Positions 13,801 through 20,830 of a stretch of DNA of 64,000 nt are shown piece after piece. Source of the DNA: an uncultured bacterium (GTDB taxonomy: Bacteria; Verrucomicrobiota; Kiritimatiellia; RFP12; UBA1067). Each line of letters starts with the position of its first letter. Position 1 is the stretch's first letter. The DNA is taken from positions 42,770-106,769 of the forward strand of contig CACWIW010000002.1 of assembly GCA_902761035.1 (NCBI GenBank), given 5' to 3'. A program made the translations under genes and the position numbers. The notes below the pieces were generated by a model that saw nothing but the letters and a program-made list of their open reading frames with translations, ran no database searches and was not told the DNA's origin.

Positions 13801-13965
13801 GTTGTTCTCCCAGCCGAAGTCGTGCTGTAGGAAATCGTTGTATCCTCGCGGCGCAAGTGCGAACTCGTTGCCCGTGCCGTCCTTTTGGCCGATCTGCCAC
13901 ACGACATGCGCATGTGCCGAAACTGCGGCCGCCGCCACGGCAGCCATCAACAAACTACGTTTCAT
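10813..13965 (-). CDS. GH92 alpha-mannosidase with N-terminal polysaccharide-lyase-family-4-like domain
   Basis: PFSMVKLSPD, FSHIHEW, YVEGNAWQLTFFVPQD, QGNQQSMH, GDEDQGQMSAWFV, SPLF; signal peptide. Confidence 0.9.
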   Translation of the reverse strand: MKRSLLMAAVAAAAVSAHAHVVWQIGQKDGTGNEFALAPRGYNDFLQHDFGWENNYFLIGRSDAKKSFPYVLPGINDKWAGSGSPAGRRTQQVNILFDIAKKGTDGAWTLVIDFADVHKAERPLLKVSVNGKARKMVLPVGGGDASIMKGDFSKAKPFAAKFDLADGEIVEGANEIKITSIEGSWAIFDDVRLEGPKDAVVRRAHKGAYVRDVKAGDYLIPGTGKQPLLVDVEHLEGAPVVRVEIDGKVALEQRVEAGAYSLEAPMDAAVAGRPPYRTEYRVIVDDVCVREGTVKCTPQRDAGVAGYVDTRMGTAHSRWMLAPGPWTPFSMVKLSPDNEGLPGKRVWDGGYDPSIESIGCFSHIHEWTMAGLGTMPTTGPLKTRMGADSEIKGHANGYRSFIDKTSEVCKAGYYAVKLTDHDIFAELTATDRCGFQRYTYPAGKTPRVMIDLLTPCEYNYVLKACDVRQTGPRRIEGFSKQDTTHVWSRDADQFYTVHFVIEFDRDIAKFGGWENDALWTGSAHSAQNPKFFGCYVEFKPAEGKTVVQMRSGISFVDIAGAANNLKREVEDPFGWSFEKVRAANEATWNDLLGRVKIATADRLEKKRFYTNLYRSFCRNTFNDVDGRWSDPFGKIQKLDDPDARAMGCDAFWNTFWNLNQAWNLVGPEWSARWVKSQMALFEAGGWLGKGPAGMRYIPVMVAEHEIPQMVSAWQMGIRVYDPKKLLAAFVKMQTTPGQKVGRGFAGNRNLAAYMKHHYVPSDKGTFSNSMEYSFDDWTVGQFAKAIGDEAAYKIFSDRGTWWKNAVNPESGYCHRRDSKGEWDKTLTSIADGFSVKGYVEGNAWQLTFFVPQDVPALVEIVGRERFLERLKWGFEKSCPFRYNAPGEHYAKFPVVQGNQQSMHFAFLFNWANEPWETQKWARSIMERFYGFGDSTAWLGDEDQGQMSAWFVMASLGLFQTDGGCRAEPIYEIASPLFEEATIDLGRRFGRGDTFTIKAHNASRANKYVQRAVLNGKPQNSFLIDAREVLKGGTLELWMGLEPNKQWGCGR

Positions 13966-14133
13966 ATACAATTTTCCTTTCCTCTATTTACGCGAAAGCC
14001 AATCCGCGCTGTTTGTGATAAGTTTACCAGAGGCATGGCCGCCGTTCAACCGCATAATCAAAAAATCCAACTACACAAAATAACCGAACCTTTTCCGGTC
14101 ACGAGCATTTATACTATTAAAGAATCGTTGTCC

Positions 14134-14679
14134 ATGGAAGTTTGGCAGGAGATAATCAAGGATCGCGAGCGCGGTGCGAGGATCCTCGTGGCGGTCTATA
14201 AGGATCGCCTGTTCGCGTCTGCCCTGATTCTATGCCGTGACCAGCACGCCGCCGAGGAACTGGTGTTCCGCACCTTCGCCCGCGCGATCGACAGGATTTC
14301 GTCGTTCCGGCCAAACACAAACTTCTACAACTGGCTCTACACGATTCTGATCAACTTCCGCAGAATGGATCTCCGCAAGGAAAAAATCTCCCCTGTGACG
14401 TTCACGGACGAAATCCCGGAGGTCATCACGGAAGAGACGCCGTTCACGGCCCTTGTCGCGAAGGCCGACCATGCAGCCATCCGCGCCGCCGTGGCCGACC
14501 TCTCTGACCCGCTTAAGGAGGTTGTGTTGTTGCGCTATTTCGAGGGACTGCCAATGGACGAGATTGCGCTTACTCTGGCATTGCCGCTTGGAACCGTCAA
14601 GAGCCGCCTCAACTATGCGCGCGCCGTCCTCGCCAGGCAGCTCGCCAAACCACTTGGAAAGGAGATAAATAATGGATGA
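14134..14679 (+). CDS. ECF RNA polymerase sigma factor
   Basis: AEELVFRTF, FYNWLYTILIN (region 2); VVLLRYFEGL..EIA..L..PLGTVKSRLNYAR (region 4). Confidence 0.9.
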   Translation: MEVWQEIIKDRERGARILVAVYKDRLFASALILCRDQHAAEELVFRTFARAIDRISSFRPNTNFYNWLYTILINFRRMDLRKEKISPVTFTDEIPEVITEETPFTALVAKADHAAIRAAVADLSDPLKEVVLLRYFEGLPMDEIALTLALPLGTVKSRLNYARAVLARQLAKPLGKEINNG

Positions 14680-15304
14680 ATTTGACCGTGCAATCACGGA
14701 AGCCCTGAACGAATCCGTGCCGGTCGCCGAATTCTCGACCGACCTTGTCGGTCGACTTGTGGCTCGAACGCGCCGCCGTTCCCGCTTCTGGAGACTGCTG
14801 TTGGCACTTGGTATCGTTTCGGCAGCGACCGCCGCTGTCATGACCGCCTCCACGATACTGATGGATGGCGAAACACCACCAGTGGGAACAGACAAGAGCC
14901 AAGAGACGGCAGACGAGACGCCGTACATCGCGGATAGCACATCGCATCACGACGATTCTACAACCGACATGGCTGAAGCCAATCTACCAGAAAACCATGA
15001 AACCCAAGGAGAATCAAAAGTGAACAATCCAGTGCTGAAGACGGCGGCGGTCCTGACAGGTACGCTCGCCCTCTCCGCCGCAACGCCTACACGCGCTGAC
15101 GGCTACCAGTTCATCGTGTCCGGCTATCCGGCGTCGGATCCGTGCCATTCCGCCGTTTCTGGCGGAACGGCGTTCGCCGCAGGCGTGCTGGCCGACACAA
15201 GCGCCGCCGACGCCTTGGAAGCGCGTGCGCGCACAAGCGAAGATTCGGCGGGCATCGCGCTTCGCTCCGACAAATACCGAGGCATGATGCTCATCATCAG
15301 GTAA
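14672..15304 (+). CDS. Putative anti-sigma-like membrane protein fused in frame to a small secreted module ending GMMLIIR
   Basis: Translationally coupled to the ECF; basic patch plus TM (RRRSRFWRLLLALGIVSAATAAV); acidic linker; internal AAGGAG + GTG at 15020 followed by a second signal peptide. Confidence 0.65.
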   Translation: MDEFDRAITEALNESVPVAEFSTDLVGRLVARTRRRSRFWRLLLALGIVSAATAAVMTASTILMDGETPPVGTDKSQETADETPYIADSTSHHDDSTTDMAEANLPENHETQGESKVNNPVLKTAAVLTGTLALSAATPTRADGYQFIVSGYPASDPCHSAVSGGTAFAAGVLADTSAADALEARARTSEDSAGIALRSDKYRGMMLIIR

Positions 15305-15350
15305 GAATGATTTCAAAGCAAAAACCAATCAATCCAAAAGGAAACAAAGC

Positions 15351-16709
15351 ATGAACAAGAATACAATCACCCGAGTTGCCGCAGTGGCGGCCGCAGTTGT
15401 GGCGACGGTACCCTCGTCGTCGCAAGCCATGATCCCCGAAGTGTCGGACGTCACGATGACGCAGTCGGCAACCCGCCGCGTCACTGTCACCTACCGGCTC
15501 TCCGACGCGCCAGCCGTCGTGACGCTGGATATCCAGACAAACGCAAACACGAGCGCGGCGGCGGACGATCCCGGCTGGACCTCGATCGGCGGCAGGAACA
15601 TCTGCAACGCGCAGGGCGACGTATGGAAGAAAGTGTCCGGCAAGGATACGTACACGATCACGTGGCAACCAGACCAGGTCTGGACGGATGCGGAAGGCGA
15701 AGGCTTCAAGATTGATGCGAACGGCGCACGCGCTCGCGTGACCGCCTGGCCCGTTGACAACACGCCCAACTACATGGCGGTGGACATCACCGCGACGGGC
15801 GGTGCGGACACGCAGACCTACTACCCCGCCGCCGACTTCGTACCCGGCAGCGTGACGAACAGCCTCTACAAGACCACGACGCTCCTCATGCGCAAGATCA
15901 TGGCGAAGGACGTGATATGGACGATAGGAAGCGTGGCGGAGAGCGGACGGAACGCATCTCGTGAAACGCCGCATCAAGTGAAGTTAAACAGTAACTACTA
16001 CATCGGCGTATTCGAGGTGACGCAGACGCAGTGGCAGCAAGTGACCGGTTACAATCCGTCCAACTTTACAACCGACCAGACGATGCGCCCCGTGGAGAAG
16101 GTCAGCTACACGGACATCCGCCAAGGAAAAGGAACGGTATCGACCACCGCTTCCGCCACGGGCGGTGTCTATCCCGCCGATCCGTACGGCGACTCCTTCC
16201 TCGGACTGCTCCGCTCGAAAACTGGTATCGACTTCGACCTCCCGTCTGAGGCTCAATGGGAGTTTGCGGCCCGCGCGGGGAACGGCGAGGGGTACTGGGG
16301 CGACGGCTCGGCGATGAGGATCAGTTCAAATAAGGACGTAGGGCTTGACGTGCTGGGGCGCTACCAGTACAACGGCGGCAAGATCGGGACGAACAGCGGA
16401 ACGGACCCAACGGCGAACTGCGAGGCGACGAGCGGTACGGCAATCGTGGGGGCCTATCTGCCAAACTCCTGGGGCCTCTACGATGTACACGGCAACGTGT
16501 GGGAATGGTGCCTTGACTGGTATGCGGACAACATCACGACCTTGAATGGCGCTGTCAATACTGCGTCGGGCGCATACCGCGTGCTGCGGGGCGGGAGCTG
16601 GGGCAACACGGCGGGCAACTGCCGACCGGCGTTTCGCGCCCGCGACACGCCGACGTCCCGCAACAACAGCTTCGGCTTCCGCGTCGCCTGTACCGCAGGA
16701 CTACAATAG
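15351..16709 (+). CDS. Secreted FGE-sulfatase (SUMF1/C-type-lectin-fold) domain protein
   Basis: FEVTQTQW, RPVEKVSY, LPSEAQWEFAARAG, PNSWGLYDVHGNVWEWC, RVLRGGSW...GFRV. Confidence 0.9.
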   Translation: MNKNTITRVAAVAAAVVATVPSSSQAMIPEVSDVTMTQSATRRVTVTYRLSDAPAVVTLDIQTNANTSAAADDPGWTSIGGRNICNAQGDVWKKVSGKDTYTITWQPDQVWTDAEGEGFKIDANGARARVTAWPVDNTPNYMAVDITATGGADTQTYYPAADFVPGSVTNSLYKTTTLLMRKIMAKDVIWTIGSVAESGRNASRETPHQVKLNSNYYIGVFEVTQTQWQQVTGYNPSNFTTDQTMRPVEKVSYTDIRQGKGTVSTTASATGGVYPADPYGDSFLGLLRSKTGIDFDLPSEAQWEFAARAGNGEGYWGDGSAMRISSNKDVGLDVLGRYQYNGGKIGTNSGTDPTANCEATSGTAIVGAYLPNSWGLYDVHGNVWEWCLDWYADNITTLNGAVNTASGAYRVLRGGSWGNTAGNCRPAFRARDTPTSRNNSFGFRVACTAGLQ

Positions 16710-16785
16710 TCACTCCTCGCGACGCCAAACAAGCAACAATCTGAAGGGCTGTCATTTTATTCAACGACAAACTAGAACAGACAAC

Positions 16786-16879
16786 GAAAATTATCCCCAA
16801 TAATGCATTTTGGCATATTGGGGATAATTTTCTGCCTCTAGATTTATCCCCAATACGCCATTTTGACCCATTGGGGATA
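16786..16879. repeat. Twin palindromes TATCCCCAAT-N15-ATTGGGGATA
   Basis: Copies at 16792-16826 and 16845-16879, 53 bp apart. Confidence 0.85.
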
Positions 16880-16984
16880 GTACACCCGCAAGGCCAAGGA
16901 CGTGAAATGTTAGAATTCTCGCGTTCACGTCCAGTGCTAGTTTACGACGGAGAGCTTGATCCACGGCTCGCAGGGTGCGGATTG

Positions 16985-17309
16985 TCAGATCCGTGTGAGC
17001 CATTCCCGAAGAAATGGATTGAAAATCTTGTATTCCTTTTCATGGTAGTAGAGCACTCCACGCTCGACAAGCGTTCCCAGAGCCCGCTTGACCGTGGGTG
17101 CGGACGACAACCCCGCACGTTCAATGAAATCCGCCGAGAAAACATGTTTTCCGCCAAACCTCGCAACCGCCAGCAAGGCCTTCATCTGATATTTCGACAG
17201 GTTCTCCGTCTGTATCTCGAACGCCGAAGATTCCTGCTTCAAAACCAATTGCACGCCCTTGCTTATGTCATCGACCTTTTACAACGCACCCGTACTCAAA
17301 TGGTTTCAT
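16985..17309 (-). pseudogene. Internally deleted AAA ATPase gene
   Basis: ATG 17309 encodes MKPFEYGCVVKG (typical ATPase N-terminus), joined out of frame to a C-terminal wHTH fragment (..TVKRALGTLVERGVL..IFNPFLREWL); TTGACG-N18-TATACT promoter upstream. Confidence 0.7.
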
Positions 17310-17464
17310 AGCTATTTTTCCTTTCGGCAGACAGTATATCGCAGCATTCAGGTGTACGTCAATCTGAAATTAAACAAATCTGTTTAAAACAATTCTGTTT
17401 AATTTTCTCATAACGACGTCCCCACACGCACACGATTTTCTCAAGGTTGCACCAAGGCTGTTTC

Positions 17465-17565
17465 GTCCGCCCGCCGTCGCAGAGCAATCTCCTGTCATCG
17501 TCAGCAACACTACCTCGCCGGGCTTGAAGTCGCGCTCGAGCGTTATCTCGCCGCTGTTGCGCGTC
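17465..17565. repeat. About 100-bp diverged duplicate of 20812-20912 (3' end of the GH95-like gene)
   Basis: Shared core acactacctcgccgggcttgaagtcgcgctcgagcgt plus matching flanks. Confidence 0.9.
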
Positions 17566-17593
17566 TCCCCGCCAGGATATGACACCATATTCA

Positions 17594-18925
17594 TCAACGC
17601 CTTATGCCGAACTCGCGGTCCGCGAAGTCGATCATCCACATCCAGTCGTGCGCGGCGATGCCGTGCTGCTCGCTGCGACGCACGTAACCAAAGCTTTCGC
17701 CGATGCCTGCGGTCGAGTAGTTGTCGGGATAAGGAACGTCCGGCATGGTGCCGCGGCCAAGGAACGCCCACACCGGCGCTGCGGCGCGGCAGGCGAGATA
17801 CTCGCCCTTGGTGTGCATCCACTTACTCGTGTCGAAGCCTTCGACCAGGAGGGCGCGCGGCGCGACGGCGGCGAGAAGGAGGTGCTGGTCGAAGTCAAGC
17901 GTCTCCCACGGCCTGTCTGCATACTTGCGGTATGCCTTGCAGTACCAGTGCGTGAACATCGCATTCTCGGTAGCGGTGTTCTCGCCATAGTCGCGCTTGG
18001 CGAGGGGTGCGCCGCCGCCGCCGGTCTGGTTTGGCACGCACACGGCGAAACGCTCGTCGCGCGCGGCCGCCAGAAGCGCTGCCTTGCCGAGGCGCGAGCA
18101 TCCCGTCACCACGCTGCGCTTCGCATCGAGAAGGGGATCCGCCTCGGCGTAGTCGAGACCGCGCGAAAGCGCCCAGGCCCATGCACCGAGCGCCGTGGGG
18201 TTGTCGTCCCTGGATTCATCGCGCTTCGGCCAGAGGTCGAATACGCCGGTGTACGCGAACGGATCCTGCCGGAACGCGGGATCCCGCTCCTTGAACGATG
18301 GATCGGGCGACACTTCGCAGTAGCAGGCGCTCATGACGGCGTAGCCGCGCGCGAGCAGCATTCCGATCGGCAGGATACTGTTGCTGTTCGGATCGCACAT
18401 GACGCCGCGCGTACGGGCAGAGGATTTGTTGCCGTCCGTCTTCGGTCCAGACCGCGTCCACGCCTGCTGCACGGGGATGTCTGTGTTGGGCACAAGCTCG
18501 TGGTTGCCGCGATAGTTGAGAAAAAGGATGACGGGCGACGGAGCCTTCGCGTGGCGCGGGATGAATACTATCCAGTTTATGCAGGGACCGGTCTTATCCT
18601 TCTTGAACCACATCTTCACCTGCTTGCGGATGCAGTAGCCCGCGAGAGCCTTCTTCTTGACGTCCCAGACCTCTGTGACCACGGCCTCGGGCGCGGGCGG
18701 CGGCTGCCCGTACATTTCGCGCGCGAATATGTCAAGTATCTCGGCGCGGCGCCGAGGCCAGTCCGCAGGGGACTTCACCTTCGTTCCGTCGATGAAGGTC
18801 AGCGGGTCTTCGAGTGTGTATGGGTGTATCTTGGATTCGTCGTAGTTCGGCTGGCGGTACGTGGCGGCGGCGGTGGGAAGCGCCATGGCGACAGCGCAGA
18901 AAAAGAATAGGGTTGTCGTTTTCAT
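17594..18925 (-). CDS. CE15 glucuronoyl-esterase-like secreted carbohydrate esterase
   Basis: NYDESKI.PYTLEDPL, AWAWALSRGLDY, GCSRLGK nucleophile motif, DQHLLLAAVAPR. Confidence 0.85.
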   Translation of the reverse strand: MKTTTLFFFCAVAMALPTAAATYRQPNYDESKIHPYTLEDPLTFIDGTKVKSPADWPRRRAEILDIFAREMYGQPPPAPEAVVTEVWDVKKKALAGYCIRKQVKMWFKKDKTGPCINWIVFIPRHAKAPSPVILFLNYRGNHELVPNTDIPVQQAWTRSGPKTDGNKSSARTRGVMCDPNSNSILPIGMLLARGYAVMSACYCEVSPDPSFKERDPAFRQDPFAYTGVFDLWPKRDESRDDNPTALGAWAWALSRGLDYAEADPLLDAKRSVVTGCSRLGKAALLAAARDERFAVCVPNQTGGGGAPLAKRDYGENTATENAMFTHWYCKAYRKYADRPWETLDFDQHLLLAAVAPRALLVEGFDTSKWMHTKGEYLACRAAAPVWAFLGRGTMPDVPYPDNYSTAGIGESFGYVRRSEQHGIAAHDWMWMIDFADREFGIRR

Positions 18926-18985
18926 GGTATAATTATAACACGAGGTAGTTGCATTTGACAATCCTATTCATTTCATTTCCCTAAA

Positions 18986-20290
18986 TCATTTGGACAGCAA
19001 GAAGCGACAGATGGGCACAATCCTGACAGTCAAGCCGTCGTGGGTCTCCTCCCCCTCCTCGTCGCGCGTGATGATGGTGAGGTCTCCACACCCGGTGGCC
19101 TTTGCCGCCTCTAAAAGTCCTGCAAGTTCGCGCGTACGCGTTTCCGCATCCGACATGTCCCAAGTGGCCTGAATTAGCCGCTTGACTTCATCCCCCTCCG
19201 ACACGACAAAATCACACTCTCCCGATTCGCTGAAGTAAGACAATTCCTCGTTATGTCCCTTTCGGCGAATTAGCTCAAGGTAAACGGTGTTCTCCAGCCG
19301 CTTTCCGTCATCATCGGATTGAAGCGGAATGACCGCCGAACGAAGTCCCACATCACTCACGTAATACTTGCCTGGAAGCGAAATCTCGCTTTTCACGGAT
19401 CGCGAGTAGAGGTCAAGTTTTCGGACCAGGTAGATGGACTGCGCCCATACAAGCCAGTCATAGAGATCGTCCTTGGTCACTTTCCGCCCGGAGGCCTTGA
19501 TCTCCCTGAAAATGGCGTTTACCGAGAGCCTGCTGGCAATCGTCGTCATCACGCGCTTGAGGAAATAGCGCACCATCTGCGGTTTGGATATCTGCCAATG
19601 TTCTACTAGGTCTCGCAGGAGCATGACGTCGAAATAGTCCTGCAACTTGCGGTATTTCTCGCTGAGGATGGGCATAAGTGTCGGTTCCGGCATCCCGCCA
19701 AGACGGTTGTATTCATCAAAGGCGATTTGAACGCGGGCCTTGTCCTGCTCAAGATGAGAGTCTGCGTCAATGCCCTTGAACCGCAGAAATTCCCTGAAGC
19801 TCAGCGGCCAGACCTCAATCTCATGCGGCCAACCCCTGAGTGCGCTCTTCATTTCCACGGACAACGTGCTGGCATTGCTTCCGGAAATGTAGAGATGCCT
19901 GCACGAACCCTTGAAGAGGCGCAACACGAAATATTCCCAGCCCTTGACAAGCGGCAGTTCATCGAAAAACATCCAAACGTCCTTCAATTCCGTCGCTGGA
20001 TACATTTCACGGTAGGCTTGAAGAATGAGATCCAATTCTTCCACTGCCATGTACTTGATTCGTTCGTCGTCAAAACCAATCCAAAGGACATTTTCCTTCC
20101 TGACGCCATTCGCAAGAAGTCGGTTGATCGTGATCTCCATCAAGGTTGACTTCCCACAACGACGTACCCCCGGGATGGTGACGATTTCATTCCCGTCAAT
20201 TGGCAAAGAAACATCTCTGTCGATAACCGAAAATGGCATTTCCGACTGCTTCTGCGCAATCAGGGTCTTGAAGATGTCCTTTTTATTCAT
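18986..20290 (-). CDS. AAA_14 ATPase with DUF4143 (wHTH/PD-(D/E)XK) domain
   Basis: GVRRCGKST, FFDEL, ISGSNA, PLSFREF, KYYVSDVGL, LENTVYLEL, ECDFV, LIQAT. Confidence 0.9.
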   Translation of the reverse strand: MNKKDIFKTLIAQKQSEMPFSVIDRDVSLPIDGNEIVTIPGVRRCGKSTLMEITINRLLANGVRKENVLWIGFDDERIKYMAVEELDLILQAYREMYPATELKDVWMFFDELPLVKGWEYFVLRLFKGSCRHLYISGSNASTLSVEMKSALRGWPHEIEVWPLSFREFLRFKGIDADSHLEQDKARVQIAFDEYNRLGGMPEPTLMPILSEKYRKLQDYFDVMLLRDLVEHWQISKPQMVRYFLKRVMTTIASRLSVNAIFREIKASGRKVTKDDLYDWLVWAQSIYLVRKLDLYSRSVKSEISLPGKYYVSDVGLRSAVIPLQSDDDGKRLENTVYLELIRRKGHNEELSYFSESGECDFVVSEGDEVKRLIQATWDMSDAETRTRELAGLLEAAKATGCGDLTIITRDEEGEETHDGLTVRIVPICRFLLSK

Positions 20291-20297
20291 GATGGTT

Positions 20298-20376
20298 TTC
20301 CTTTTTTAACGGACACAATATGCCTAATGTTTCCGTTTTTAAAGGAAGTATATCACGTTTCTGTACCCACCGTCAA
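20298..20376 (-). promoter_or_regulatory. sigma70-like promoter and twin TTCC-N9-GGA operators
   Basis: TTGACG-N18-TATACT (20376-20347); palindromic units start at 20298 and 20331. Confidence 0.65.
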
Positions 20377-20428
20377 GAGGGGGAATCATACCTGACTATT
20401 CGTTAGGGCCGGCACCCCATACCATCCT

Positions 20429-20830
20429 TCATCTCGAAGGAGACGAGGAAGCGCTCCTTGCGCGTAGGATCTTGACGCCGCGCACCCAGAACGTACATTT
20501 CATGCCCATCGGGTTCGCGCCCAGGCGGATGGAAACGACGTCGTCCAGCGTGTCGCAGTCGTCCAGCACGACGTAGCGCTTCTCCCATCCGTTCATCGGC
20601 GCGGAAAACTTGAGGTGCCGGTCCGAGCCGTTTGAAAAGACGAGCATCAGGTTCTGCGTCTTGAAGTCGTTCTCCACCTTGTCCTGACTGTCCCACGGGA
20701 CGCCCACGCCAATCTACGAGCGAGAACGATTCGCCGGGCTTCCCGCCACGCGCGACGGGTGCCTCCGCATCGGTGTACACATCCCCGGCGCGTCAAAGGA
20801 GATCGGCGAGAGTACGCCCGCCGTCGCAGC
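20429..20830 (-). pseudogene. Relic of a deleted secreted/carbohydrate-active gene (N- and C-terminal fragments in different frames)
   Basis: Protein-like fragments YTDAEAPVARGGKPGESFSLVDWRGRP and QDKVENDFKTQNLMLVF...IRLGANP in different frames; upstream GH95-like ORF reads into it. Confidence 0.45.
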
